64,000 nt of DNA from Candidatus Gastranaerophilaceae bacterium (GTDB lineage Bacteria; Cyanobacteriota; Vampirovibrionia; Gastranaerophilales; Gastranaerophilaceae). Each line of letters begins with the position of its first letter. Within the stretch, counting starts at the first letter, position 1. A program made the position numbers and the translations under genes. The stretch covers positions 669 through 64,668 of the forward strand of contig JAZSDA010000059.1 in NCBI GenBank assembly GCA_045530955.1. Reading direction: 5' to 3'. Under the pieces are notes generated by a model that ran no database searches, was not told the origin of the DNA, and saw nothing but the letters and a program-made list of their open reading frames with translations. Below, piece after piece: positions 1 through 9,995 of this stretch.

Positions 1-6
1 AGGTTA

Positions 7-831
7 ATGGAACAAAGTTTTGATTTTTCTTCATATAACAACATAAAGCGAATGTCGGAAGATGAGCTTGTTGCTTTGTGGGAAAAATACCTTGCTGATA
101 AATCAAATAAGCAAGCAAGAGATGCTTTGATTGTTCAATACATTTATCTTGTAAGATATGCTGTTGGACGTGTTAAGGTTTCATTACCTGTAACTATTTC
201 TATTGAAGATATTGCAGGATATGGGGTTGAGGGTTTAATCAATGCTATTGAACGTTTTTCACCTCAAAAAAATACCAGATTTGAAACTTATGCTCTTATC
301 AGAGTTCGTGGTGCAATATTAGATAGAATTCGTTCTGAAGATTTCTTACCAAGAAGCGTAAGAAAGAAAATTAAAGATATTAAACAGGCTGCAGAATATT
401 TAAAACAAGAGTATGGCAGAACTCCTACAACTACTGAAATTGCTAATTATTTGGAAATGGATCCTGATAAAGTAAATCAAATTATGTCAGAAGATGTAGT
501 TGTAACATCAATTTATGAAAAACGCGGTTCTTCTGAAGATAGTATGGAAATTATTGATACTATTGAAGATTCAAATAAATTAAATCCGCAAGAACAAATG
601 GAAGAAAAGAATGTAAAATCAGATTTGCAACGTGCATTACAAAGACTTCCTGAGCGTGAAAGAGTTTTAATGGTCTTGTACTATCAAGAAAACATGACAA
701 TGAAAGAAATCGGCGAAACTCTATCAATGTCAGAATCACGTGTTTGCCAGTTACATGCTCAAGCAATTATGAAACTTAAAAACATTCTTAACGAAAATCG
801 TTCATCACGTTTACAACAAGCTATTGTATAG
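7..831 (+). CDS. fliA: RNA polymerase sigma factor, FliA/WhiG (sigma-28) subgroup of the sigma-70 family
   Basis: 274 aa. Region 2 reads GYGVEGLINAIERFSPQKNTRFETYALIRVRGAILDRIR. Region 4.2 HTH reads MTMKEIGETLSMSESRVCQLHAQAIMKLK. Size and lack of region 1.1 fit the flagellar/alternative group. Confidence 0.75.
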   Translation: MEQSFDFSSYNNIKRMSEDELVALWEKYLADKSNKQARDALIVQYIYLVRYAVGRVKVSLPVTISIEDIAGYGVEGLINAIERFSPQKNTRFETYALIRVRGAILDRIRSEDFLPRSVRKKIKDIKQAAEYLKQEYGRTPTTTEIANYLEMDPDKVNQIMSEDVVVTSIYEKRGSSEDSMEIIDTIEDSNKLNPQEQMEEKNVKSDLQRALQRLPERERVLMVLYYQENMTMKEIGETLSMSESRVCQLHAQAIMKLKNILNENRSSRLQQAIV

Positions 832-861
832 GGATAAATAGAATCAATTTTTATTGGTTTA

Positions 862-2076
862 TTATGGTTTGATGATAGAAAGAACGTATTTGTCGTTGAA
901 GTATTTTTGAGCACAAGCCAAAACTTGTTCTGCTGTAACTTCTTTTACTAATTCTTTCATTTTTTCAGTATATTCAAAGCCAAAACCAAGAGATTCGTAT
1001 TTAGCATATGAGCATGCTTGTTGAACGTTTGTTTCGTCTAAGAAAGCACATTTGCCAATTAAGTTGTTTTTAGCGTCGTTAAGTTCTTTTTCAGAAACAG
1101 GAATTGTTCTGATTTTTTCGATTTCTTCATCAAAGCCTTTTAGAGAAACATCAATATTTTTAGCTTCTGTTGCGATGTAAATCATAAAATTACCAACAAG
1201 TTTATATGTTTCATAAGAACTTCTAACAACATATGCCAAACCTTTTTTATCACGCAGTTCCATAAATAATCTTGAAGATAAACCGCAAGCACCAAGCATG
1301 ATGTTTAATAAAATCAACGCAGGATAATCTTCCTCACCATAAGTTTGAACTTGCCATCCTTTGATGATGTGTGCTTGGTTTAAGTCTGATTTGATATTGG
1401 TAACTTCTTTTCTCTCTGTTAAAACAGGTTTTTCGATGTTGAAGTTGTTATCAGTTGAAGGTGGTAATGTTCCAAGTGTTTCTTCAATTTGTGGAAGAAT
1501 ATCTGCCTTGTCTAAAGCTCCAACAATAGCAAGTGCTTTTTTACTATTGTTTAAAATTTCATTATAAGCCTCAATAACATCTTCTTTAGTAATCGAATCA
1601 AGATTTTCTAAAATTGTAGTCATTGTGTTGCCGTAGTAGTGATTTTCAAACATAGCCTTTGCATAAGAATCCATTGCACGAACACGTGGAGAATCAAGTT
1701 CTGCTGTTACTTCCCCTTGAATTTTGATTTTTTCTTTTTCAAATTCTTCAAATGTAGAATTTGTGATAACTTCGTGCATCAACTCAATAGCTATTGAAAA
1801 ATCTTCATTAAGACAAACGAATTTTAATCGCAAGTAATTTGGGAATAAATCACTAGAAAAGTCGATTGCATATTTTTCAAATTCGTTTGCAAGCTCTTCA
1901 GAGTTATAATTTTTTGATCCTTGTAGTAAAAGTCTTGCTACAAGAGAATAAATCCCAGGTTTTTTCTCAGCATTATTTACTGAAAAATTTAGGCAAACAG
2001 CCATTCTTGGGGTGTTATCATTCTTTTTATAAATATAGCTAATATTGTTGTTTAATTTAGAAATTTCTTTTGTCAT
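862..2076 (-). CDS. M16 (insulinase/pitrilysin) family protein, apparently non-catalytic (no HxxEH)
   Basis: 404 aa with M16-like two-lobe layout. Where the zinc motif HxxEH is expected, the sequence reads GIYSLVARLLLQGSKNYNSEELANEFE. SD GGAGAG lies 7 nt upstream of the ATG. Confidence 0.7.
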   Translation of the reverse strand: MTKEISKLNNNISYIYKKNDNTPRMAVCLNFSVNNAEKKPGIYSLVARLLLQGSKNYNSEELANEFEKYAIDFSSDLFPNYLRLKFVCLNEDFSIAIELMHEVITNSTFEEFEKEKIKIQGEVTAELDSPRVRAMDSYAKAMFENHYYGNTMTTILENLDSITKEDVIEAYNEILNNSKKALAIVGALDKADILPQIEETLGTLPPSTDNNFNIEKPVLTERKEVTNIKSDLNQAHIIKGWQVQTYGEEDYPALILLNIMLGACGLSSRLFMELRDKKGLAYVVRSSYETYKLVGNFMIYIATEAKNIDVSLKGFDEEIEKIRTIPVSEKELNDAKNNLIGKCAFLDETNVQQACSYAKYESLGFGFEYTEKMKELVKEVTAEQVLACAQKYFNDKYVLSIIKP

Positions 2077-2154
2077 TGTTATCTCTCCACTGGTTTGATT
2101 TTATCATAGTTTAATTTAAAAGACAAATTAAAAGAGTTATGATATACTTTGTGT

Positions 2155-3690
2155 ATGGTAAACAGAGTTAAGACGGCAACGGTTATAGGTTTAAACGCAT
2201 ACGAAGTTTCAGTTGAAACTGACGTTACTAATTCTTTGCCTGGGATGTCTGTTGTTGGTTTGCCTGACACTTCGGTTACTGAAGCAAGAGATAGGGTAAA
2301 GTCTGCGATTAAAAATTCAGGGTATTCTTTTCCGTCTAAAAAAGTTGTTGTAAACTTGGCTCCAGCTGATTTAAAAAAAGTCGGGACAAATTTTGACTTG
2401 CCTATGGCGGTTGGTATTTTAATCGAAGAAGAAGTTTTAGATTCTGAAAAAGTTAAAGATTACGCTTTTCTCGGTGAGTTGTCTTTAGATGGTACAATTC
2501 GTGGTGTGAGTGGGGTTTTACCTTTGGTTCTGGGTCTAAAAGAAGCTGGGATTAAAAATGTTATTGTACCTTTAGAAAACGCTAAAGAAGCGGCATTAAA
2601 TGGTGAAGTAAATATTTTTGGTGCAGGACATTTGGTTGATGTTGTAAATCATTTTGTTGAAACAAAAATTCAGCCGACAGTTGTTGATGTGAAAGAATAT
2701 TTAGCAAAACAAATTCAACAAGATTATACTTTTGATTTTAAAGATGTAAAAGGTCAACAAAAGGCTAAAAAAGCATTAGAAATTGCGGCCGCAGGTGGTC
2801 ATAATATTTTAATGGTGGGTTCCCCTGGCTCTGGTAAAACTTTGATGGCAAAATGTTTTGCATCTATTTTGCCACCGCTTGAGTTATCAGAAGCATTAGA
2901 ATTAACAAAGATTTATAGTATTTGCGGACTTCTATCTCCAGATGAACCATTGATGACAAAACGACCATTTAGACCTGTTCACCATACCGCATCAGCTAAC
3001 GGAATCATTGGTGGCGGAACAAATCCAAAACCAGGTGAGATTACTTTAGCAAATCGTGGCGTTTTATTCTTGGATGAAATGGTAGAATTTCCAAGAAATG
3101 TTTTAGAGGTTCTTCGTCAGCCGTTAGAAGATGGTGAAATTGTAATCTCAAGAGCTCAGCATTCTATTAAATATCCTGCTAATTTTATGTTGTTAGGTGC
3201 GATGAACCCTTGTCCTTGCGGTTTTTTAGGTGATAAAGAAAAACAATGTACATGTTCTGATTTTCAGGTTAGTAGATATTTAGCAAGGCTTTCCGGTCCA
3301 TTATTAGATAGAATAGATATCCAAATTGATGTCCCAAGATTAACTCCATCAGAGCTTCTTGCAACAAAAGATGCTGAAGAAGATTCGGCAATGATTAGAC
3401 AACGTGTTGTAAAAGCTAGAGCAATCCAAGCAGAACGCTATAAAGATGAAAATATTCTTACAAATTCAGAATTAACTTCTGAACTTATTAAAAAATATTG
3501 TCAGATTGATGAAAAATCTCAAGAAATTCTAAAAGTTGCAATTGTGAAATATCAATTATCTGGTCGTCGTTACGATAGAATTTTAAAACTTGCTAGAACT
3601 ATTGCGGATTTAGATGAAAGTGAAAATATTACTCAAATTCATTTGATGCAGGCTCTTCAATATAAGGGTTTAAACCTCACTAATAGTTAA
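2155..3690 (+). CDS. comM: YifB/ComM family Mg-chelatase-like AAA+ ATPase
   Basis: Lon-protease-like N-domain (VETDVTNSLPGMSVVGLPDTSV), Walker A GSPGSGKT, LFLDEM Walker B, Cys cluster CPCGFLGDKEKQCTC. The track starts at TTG 2149; ATG 2155 (MVNRVKTA) is preferred. Confidence 0.88.
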   Translation: MVNRVKTATVIGLNAYEVSVETDVTNSLPGMSVVGLPDTSVTEARDRVKSAIKNSGYSFPSKKVVVNLAPADLKKVGTNFDLPMAVGILIEEEVLDSEKVKDYAFLGELSLDGTIRGVSGVLPLVLGLKEAGIKNVIVPLENAKEAALNGEVNIFGAGHLVDVVNHFVETKIQPTVVDVKEYLAKQIQQDYTFDFKDVKGQQKAKKALEIAAAGGHNILMVGSPGSGKTLMAKCFASILPPLELSEALELTKIYSICGLLSPDEPLMTKRPFRPVHHTASANGIIGGGTNPKPGEITLANRGVLFLDEMVEFPRNVLEVLRQPLEDGEIVISRAQHSIKYPANFMLLGAMNPCPCGFLGDKEKQCTCSDFQVSRYLARLSGPLLDRIDIQIDVPRLTPSELLATKDAEEDSAMIRQRVVKARAIQAERYKDENILTNSELTSELIKKYCQIDEKSQEILKVAIVKYQLSGRRYDRILKLARTIADLDESENITQIHLMQALQYKGLNLTNS

Positions 3691-4146
3691 TTATTTGTTT
3701 AAAAGTCTGGTTAAAAATTCTTTGAGTAATTGGATTTTTTCTGAACCAATTGCAGAAAATGAAGTTTGTCCATTGTTTAATTTTAGATGAAATTTTGCTT
3801 CGTAAAAGCAAACCATACTGTTATTCATAAAAAATACAACGGCAGGTTTTTTCTCTTCAACTCTGAAATCTTTAATTTGTGAAAATTGTATTAGCTGATT
3901 GTTTATGTTTATTCCATTATCTACAATTTTTATAATGTCTTTGTGTGCTAATTTTTTGATAATTAGTAGTCTTGGAAGATAAATCAGCGTGAAAAGAATT
4001 GTATTAACAATTGTTGGAATTAGTGTTATTCTATGCAAGAAAAATAAGTATAAAATAAACCCTACAATAAGAACGTAAAGGGTAACAATTCCCATTACTA
4101 TCATTATTGGTCTTTCATCAGTTGTAGGTTTAAATATTTCTTTCAT
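3691..4146 (-). CDS. hypothetical membrane protein (two N-terminal TM helices plus small soluble domain)
   Basis: 151-aa ORF with hydrophobic stretches IMIVMGIVTLYVLIVGFILYLFF and TIVNTILFTLIYLP. No recognised family. Confidence 0.5.
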   Translation of the reverse strand: MKEIFKPTTDERPIMIVMGIVTLYVLIVGFILYLFFLHRITLIPTIVNTILFTLIYLPRLLIIKKLAHKDIIKIVDNGININNQLIQFSQIKDFRVEEKKPAVVFFMNNSMVCFYEAKFHLKLNNGQTSFSAIGSEKIQLLKEFLTRLLNK

Positions 4147-4163
4147 ACTTCTTGTAAATTATC

Positions 4164-4517
4164 TTATTTTGAGTACTCTTTTACATTGTATTTATCCATA
4201 AGATCGTTTTTCTTGTGAGATGAAACCCCTGTTCCAATTAGCCAACCTGTAAGAACCCCTAAAGGAATACCGACGATTGCGTGTTTAACAGAATGTTTTA
4301 CCATAGCAATAATAGCACCAATTCCACCTAAAAGGCTACTTGTTATCATTGTGAATTTCAAAAGTTGTTTTTCTTGAGAATTGTATTTACGAACAAATTC
4401 ATCAGCTTTTGATTTTTCAATCTCATAGCTTGGTGTGTTTTTAGGTTTGTCGGGACTGTTTCTAAAATCCAGACGCACTCTATTATTATCAATTCTTTGA
4501 CCGACTTGTAATCTCAT
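4164..4517 (-). CDS. hypothetical membrane protein
   Basis: 117-aa ORF with Gly-rich TM segments (SSLLGGIGAIIAMV, GIPLGVLTGWLIGTGV). Same strand as, and closely spaced with, neighbours. Confidence 0.5.
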   Translation of the reverse strand: MRLQVGQRIDNNRVRLDFRNSPDKPKNTPSYEIEKSKADEFVRKYNSQEKQLLKFTMITSSLLGGIGAIIAMVKHSVKHAIVGIPLGVLTGWLIGTGVSSHKKNDLMDKYNVKEYSK

Positions 4518-4559
4518 ATGTAATAAATCTAACTCTTCTTATAAAATTTTTAAATTGTC

Positions 4560-6164
4560 TTATTTTCTGCAAAATCTTGCTGACAATCTATTAAACAATT
4601 CTCCAGCATATTCCATTTTGAATAGTAAATTCATCGGAATATAAACACCCAAACAGATAATTGCTATTAAAATTATTTTTATGACTTCAAACGGAATCAT
4701 AGGAAGTTGTACTAATTTGTCGTATTGTACTGCACAAATCCAACAAATAATAAATGTTATTGTACCTGAAACAAGCATTTTAAACAAGTTAACAAATAAT
4801 GATTTGTAGTCCATTTTTATTTTTTTTGAAATTAAAATACCTAAAACAACTGCGTTGAATAAAGTTACTAATGATGTTGAAAGTGTGATACCACCAATTC
4901 CAAATCCTAGTTTTGTAATCAAAATCCAGTTAAGGATAAGTTTTAAAATTATTGATGAGAACGCCACAGCAAATGGTGTTGCTGAGTCGTTAAATGAATA
5001 ATAAACTCTAGTGATAGAATCTCTAAATACATAAGGAATAATTGAAACTGACAAGAACCAAAGTGCTTCTGATACCATAAATGTTGCGGTTGTATCGAAT
5101 GCACCACGTTCATAAACAAGCCTTACACCGTCTTGTCCTACTGTAATTATTCCGATAATAATCGGAATTGCTGCAAAAAATAGTACGCCAACTCCTTTAT
5201 TAAAATATTTTTTTATGTCTTCAATTTTATTATCAGCCGCTAGTCTTGCAAAAATAGGGAATAGCGGAACTAAAAATGCTGTTACTAAAATCCCGACAGG
5301 GAATTGGAAAATTCTGTTAGCATAACCAATAGCAGTCCAAGCACCTTCTGAAATTGATGATGTGAAAAACATATCAACGTAGATATGAATTTGGCCAACT
5401 GTGGAACTTAAAACCGCAGGGAATAAAAGCTCCCCGATTGCTTTGAAGTTTGGATTAGCTACAACATCTAAACAAGGTTTTAATCTGTATCCAAGTTTTC
5501 TGATATTTGGATATTGGGTTATTAGTTGTAAAATCGCACCAACTGTTGTTGCCCAAGCAAGTACATAACCCTTTTGATCACTTGGAGCCGCAATTACTGC
5601 CACAATTATCGCTGCACTAACTAGCATTGGTGAAAGATTAGGCAACATAAAATGTTTATAAATAATCAAAATTCCATAATAAATCCCGACAATTCCACCA
5701 ATTAAAAGAATAGGTGTCATTATTTTTAAGTGTTCAGCTGCAAGTGTTACAAGTTCTGTTGAACCGCTTGAGATGATTAGCTTCATTATTGGTTCAGCGA
5801 AAAAGAAAATAAAAACACTTAATGCTAAGAAAAATATAATCGTTGAATTCATAAATGTTGAATATAAACGGTTAACTTCTTCAGATGGTTTTTCTTTTAG
5901 GTTTGGAATTAGTTTTGAAAATACCGCAACAGTTGCACTATGAAATGGTCCCCCAACTCCACCTAACAAAATCAATGATAATGATGGTATTTGGTAAGCG
6001 TAGTAATAAGCATCAGATACTAAAGATGCACCATAGTAGTTTGCAATGATAATATCTCTTGCAAATCCGATTAATTTACTCACGATTGTTACGACTGCAA
6101 TTAACCACGCAGCCTTTAAAACGCTAGAAGTATGGTCTTTAGTTTTCGCTAATGTTTCTGTCAT
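4560..6164 (-). CDS. murJ: lipid II flippase MurJ (MviN family)
   Basis: About 534 aa polytopic. The N-terminus KLIGFARDIIIANYYGAS..SDAYYYAYQIP is the typical MurJ signature. The track starts at TTG 6173; ATG 6164 is preferred. It overlaps the 3' end of the upstream SpoIID-domain gene. Confidence 0.88.
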   Translation of the reverse strand: MTETLAKTKDHTSSVLKAAWLIAVVTIVSKLIGFARDIIIANYYGASLVSDAYYYAYQIPSLSLILLGGVGGPFHSATVAVFSKLIPNLKEKPSEEVNRLYSTFMNSTIIFFLALSVFIFFFAEPIMKLIISSGSTELVTLAAEHLKIMTPILLIGGIVGIYYGILIIYKHFMLPNLSPMLVSAAIIVAVIAAPSDQKGYVLAWATTVGAILQLITQYPNIRKLGYRLKPCLDVVANPNFKAIGELLFPAVLSSTVGQIHIYVDMFFTSSISEGAWTAIGYANRIFQFPVGILVTAFLVPLFPIFARLAADNKIEDIKKYFNKGVGVLFFAAIPIIIGIITVGQDGVRLVYERGAFDTTATFMVSEALWFLSVSIIPYVFRDSITRVYYSFNDSATPFAVAFSSIILKLILNWILITKLGFGIGGITLSTSLVTLFNAVVLGILISKKIKMDYKSLFVNLFKMLVSGTITFIICWICAVQYDKLVQLPMIPFEVIKIILIAIICLGVYIPMNLLFKMEYAGELFNRLSARFCRK

Positions 6165-7866
6165 CTTCACCAACTAATTCTATGTATAATCTTATCCCGC
6201 CTTTTGTTTCAGGATAGTGAAATTTTATTGTGTTTTTGCCACAGTTTAAATCTTCTGACAAATCTATTTGATTATACCTTTCTGATTTATCAAATTCAAT
6301 TCTTTTGTCAATATTGTTTATATTTACATCAATGAATTTTGATTTGTATTTGTTATCAACAACTAAAACTGCTTTTCCATTTTTTGTATAAAAGGTTTGT
6401 ATAGCTCTTGTTTGATCCTCATCTGCGGATAATATTACAGGCTCAGTTGCAAGGGTTATATTTGAATAATAGTGTTTTAAAATTTGGTCATATGTCATTT
6501 CTAATTCTGTTCCCATATAACCTGCACCGTATTGGCTTAAGCCCACACCGTGCCCGTAACCGCCACCATAAGCTTTGATATAAATCAACTGACCTTCGTC
6601 ATTGTATTCTTGTTCAAAAACAACGTTAGCACTTGGTAGAGCTTTGCCTTTGTTTGTTAAAAGGCGTCTTATTACAAGTTCTTTTTGAACAATGTAATTT
6701 TGATTTTCTGTTTCGATTTCAAGCTCCATAATTTTGCCAGAAAGCCCACGTCTTTTTACGTTAAGTGATTTTATTATTCCGATAGTTTCACCTTTTTCAA
6801 CGGCTGGAGTAATAAATCCTGTTGTACTTTGAGAGGCGATATTTGCTTGTACTGCATCTTGAATATCTTGTCCGCTCCATTCTCTTTCCCAACGGAAGTA
6901 TGGCGAATTTACGTCAAATGATTTTGGTTTTGATTTGTAAAATTCAGCTACTTTTTCTTCACTATCAAGTGCTTCAAATTCATCATAATCAGGTTTTGCG
7001 ATTAGGTAGGGTTTTGATTCTGACGGGAAAGCTTTTGTTTTAACATCAGAAAATGTATTTTCAAAACTTTCGCTCCAACCTCCAGCAGTTGATGAATATT
7101 GTGCTAAAATTAAATCCCAACCGTAAAGTGCAACAATTCCTTCGGTTTCTTTTACCGCTTGGTTTGATAATTCTTTTTCTGTGTTTGCACCAAAATAAAC
7201 TTGGCTTGCAACTGAATCAACAACATCATAATTTGGATTAAGTTTTATTCTAGGGGAAAGTACATAATTTCTTGCCGCAACACTTTGAGCTTTTAGTGCT
7301 TCTAGCCCAAATCTAACAGGCATTTCGTTTGGTACAACACCTTTTAGGTATTGTTCAACTTCAATTTCGTTTACGATATGAAATAGGTTTTCTTTTACGC
7401 AAGGTACAATTTCGATTTCTCCACGATAAACCGCATTCTGTCCTGCTCTTTTTAAATCTTTAATTCCTACAAATCCAAATTTTGAACTGAAAGAAATTGG
7501 TTTTGTTGTGTTTAGAATTTCTTCATTTTTTTCATTTGTCAGGATAAAATTTTGACCTTTTCTAACGATTTTTATTGTTTCGTCAGGAGTTAAAGTATCT
7601 ACAAATTCGATTCCATTATATAATTCGTAATCATCTGTTGCGTATATTGTAGCTTCTTGCCAAAAGTATGACGTAAAGTTATTTGTTCCAATTCCAACTC
7701 TAATGAGTTTTGATTTTGGTTCGTTTTGTTCAATAATTTGTGTAATTTGTTCTTTCAAATCGGCAGATAAGGGTGAAGCCATAGGAATATCACCCAAGAC
7801 ATTAGCTTCTGCAACAGGACAAAATAACAACACGTTTAAAAATAATAAAATTCCCAACTTCTTCAT
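6139..7866 (-). CDS. SpoIID/LytB domain-containing protein (peptidoglycan remodelling), secreted
   Basis: Signal peptide MKKLGILLFLNVLLFCPVAEA. SpoIID motif YLKGVVPNEMPVRFGLEALKAQSVAARNY and GHGVGLSQYGA. Start moved to ATG 7866 because a terminator hairpin occupies 7885-7912. Confidence 0.82.
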   Translation of the reverse strand: MKKLGILLFLNVLLFCPVAEANVLGDIPMASPLSADLKEQITQIIEQNEPKSKLIRVGIGTNNFTSYFWQEATIYATDDYELYNGIEFVDTLTPDETIKIVRKGQNFILTNEKNEEILNTTKPISFSSKFGFVGIKDLKRAGQNAVYRGEIEIVPCVKENLFHIVNEIEVEQYLKGVVPNEMPVRFGLEALKAQSVAARNYVLSPRIKLNPNYDVVDSVASQVYFGANTEKELSNQAVKETEGIVALYGWDLILAQYSSTAGGWSESFENTFSDVKTKAFPSESKPYLIAKPDYDEFEALDSEEKVAEFYKSKPKSFDVNSPYFRWEREWSGQDIQDAVQANIASQSTTGFITPAVEKGETIGIIKSLNVKRRGLSGKIMELEIETENQNYIVQKELVIRRLLTNKGKALPSANVVFEQEYNDEGQLIYIKAYGGGYGHGVGLSQYGAGYMGTELEMTYDQILKHYYSNITLATEPVILSADEDQTRAIQTFYTKNGKAVLVVDNKYKSKFIDVNINNIDKRIEFDKSERYNQIDLSEDLNCGKNTIKFHYPETKGGIRLYIELVGEDDRNISEN

Positions 7867-7884
7867 ATAAATATTATATGACAA

Positions 7885-7912
7885 AAATCCCGAAACTTTT
7901 GCTTCGGGATTT
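7885..7912 (-). terminator. rho-independent terminator after cysS
   Basis: Stem AAATCCCGAA / TTCGGGATTT with an 8-nt loop. On the minus strand it is followed by TTTTGT, directly downstream of the cysS stop. Confidence 0.6.
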
Positions 7913-7917
7913 TGTAT

Positions 7918-9291
7918 TTATTTAAGTTCTAAAGTTGTTCCTTCTTTTGTATCTTTAACGATGATTCCTGATTCATCAAGTGCAATTCTTATTTTGTCTG
8001 CGATGTCCCAGTTTTTCTCAGCTCTAGCTTGTTTTCTTAGTTCAAGAACTTCATCCATTGAATTAAATGTTTGTCCTAAAACTTCTGATACGTGAGCTGC
8101 CGCTTTTGCTAAATCTTCATCTGATACAGAAGCTTTTTCAAAAGTGAAACCTAATGCAGTTCCTAATTTGTATAAAATAGTAAATGCATCTTTTTCATCT
8201 TTGTTAGCTCTTGTTGCTAAGTCAAATAGGATTGCAAGTGCTTTTGAAGTATTTAAGTCTTCATCCATAGCTTCAACAAATGCTTTGTATTCATCTGTTG
8301 TTGTGATGTCCAAGTTTTCGTTAATTGGTGTTTGTTTAGCGTTAACCAGACGTTTTGCACCTGCTTGAGCTGATGTTAGAGCTTCATCTGAAAATTCAAC
8401 TGGCATTCTGTAATGGTTTGTCAAAATGAATAATCGCAATGTATTTGCGTCATAATTTTTCAACATATCATCGATAGTCAAGAAATTACCTAAAGATTTA
8501 GACATTTTTTCTTTGTTTATAGTTACAAAACCGTTGTGTAACCAGTAATTTACGAATTTACATCCGTTAGCACATTCAGATTGTGCGATTTCATTTTCGT
8601 GGTGTGGGAAGATTAAATCTGCACCACCAGCGTGAATATCAATAGTTTTACCTAAGTATTTTCTACTCATTGCAGAACATTCAATGTGCCAACCTGGACG
8701 GCCAACGCCCCAAGGTGAGTTGTAACCGAATTTCTCATCACGTTTCCATAATGCAAAATCAAGCGGATCTTCTTTTAAATCACCAACTTCAATTCTTGCA
8801 CCGCTTTCTAACTGATCAATAGGTTGTTTTGATAGATAACCGTATTGAGGGAATTTTTTAACTCTGAAATAAACGTCCCCATCAGCTTCGTAAGCGTATC
8901 CGTTTGCAATTAAATCTTTTACGATTGAAATCATTTCGCCTAAAGTTTTTGTTGCAAAAGGTTCAATATCTGGGGGTAAATTGTTTAGAGCATTCATAGA
9001 ATTCACAAATTGACGATACCAATATTGTGAAACTTCAGTTGGTGTTTTACCCTCTTTTTCAGCTTTTTTAAGGATTTTATCATCAACGTCTGTTACGTTA
9101 CGGCAATATGTAACGTCGTAACCTTTAAATTTTAAATATCTATATAGAACATCCCAAGTGATGTAACATCTTGCGTGTCCAAGGTGAGCATAATCATATA
9201 CCGTTGGACCGCAAACATACATTTTAACCTTGTTTCCGTCCATTGGTTTGAATTCTTCTACTGTGTTTGTGTAAGAGTTAAATAATTTCAT
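7918..9291 (-). CDS. cysS: cysteine--tRNA ligase
   Basis: HIGH motif (HLGHAR), KMSKS motif, WHIECS zinc site. ATG 9291 has SD GAGGGA upstream; the track extension to 9303 is not needed. Confidence 0.95.
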   Translation of the reverse strand: MKLFNSYTNTVEEFKPMDGNKVKMYVCGPTVYDYAHLGHARCYITWDVLYRYLKFKGYDVTYCRNVTDVDDKILKKAEKEGKTPTEVSQYWYRQFVNSMNALNNLPPDIEPFATKTLGEMISIVKDLIANGYAYEADGDVYFRVKKFPQYGYLSKQPIDQLESGARIEVGDLKEDPLDFALWKRDEKFGYNSPWGVGRPGWHIECSAMSRKYLGKTIDIHAGGADLIFPHHENEIAQSECANGCKFVNYWLHNGFVTINKEKMSKSLGNFLTIDDMLKNYDANTLRLFILTNHYRMPVEFSDEALTSAQAGAKRLVNAKQTPINENLDITTTDEYKAFVEAMDEDLNTSKALAILFDLATRANKDEKDAFTILYKLGTALGFTFEKASVSDEDLAKAAAHVSEVLGQTFNSMDEVLELRKQARAEKNWDIADKIRIALDESGIIVKDTKEGTTLELK

Positions 9292-9343
9292 ATAGTCCCT
9301 CATTTCTAGTTTTAAAGTAACACAAAGGGATTAAGATTTCTAC

Positions 9344-9991
9344 TTAATACTCTTTTAGTTCTTCAAATATCTCAAACATTTTTTTGTAAATTGTTTCAAT
9401 TGGAACTTCTTCATCAAGTTCGAGTGTTATTGTCGGGATATTTCTTTCAACTCCGCAATATGTCCCAAAACTTCCAGGAGTTGGATAGCCGATACTTCCT
9501 TCTGCGGGATATCCAATAATTCCTGAAACCTTTTCTGCTATTTCTTTTGCAGGTCCGTCATAGTTTACAACCTTATATGGTGCGTGGATTGTTAAAATTA
9601 GTTTTGGTGAATATTTTTCAATAACTTCAATTACAAATTGGGTTTCTACCTCACTTGCAGGGGATTTTCCTCCGTAATAAGCTGTGGTGCAGTCATCACA
9701 AGTTGCATTTTCGCCTTCGTTTTTCCCCCAATTTTTAGTTGGGAAATTTCTGTTTAGGTCAACGCCGTTTGAATTTGTTCTGGTGTTTTGGCTAAGTCCA
9801 TCAGGGTTTAAACAAGGGATAAAAAGCAGATTGCTTGGTGAGTGTGTTTTTAAATATTCTTCTATCAAGAGTTTTCCCTGTGGTTCGTCGCCGTGAAAAA
9901 CCCCGATAATAAGAACGTTATTATTACCCTTTTCTCCGATTAGTTCGATATTATTTCCAAGTTTAGTCTTAGTGCTCTTTATAACATTCAT
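9344..9991 (-). CDS. M14-family zinc peptidase, murein-peptide amidase (MpaA)-like
   Basis: HGDE (HxxE zinc ligands), NPDG, DLNRNFP and a later HAP histidine, in the short (~215 aa) MpaA-like format. ATG 9991 with SD GAGGG; the track TTG 10006 overlaps ftsY. Confidence 0.7.
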   Translation of the reverse strand: MNVIKSTKTKLGNNIELIGEKGNNNVLIIGVFHGDEPQGKLLIEEYLKTHSPSNLLFIPCLNPDGLSQNTRTNSNGVDLNRNFPTKNWGKNEGENATCDDCTTAYYGGKSPASEVETQFVIEVIEKYSPKLILTIHAPYKVVNYDGPAKEIAEKVSGIIGYPAEGSIGYPTPGSFGTYCGVERNIPTITLELDEEVPIETIYKKMFEIFEELKEY

Positions 9992-9995
9992 GAGT

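Noticed and set aside
9292-9343. T-box or other leader upstream of cysS (and similarly the 11-nt spacer before pheS at 53200-53210)
   Set aside because: The spacers are about 50 nt and 11 nt, too short for a T-box. No specifier or antiterminator helices are visible.
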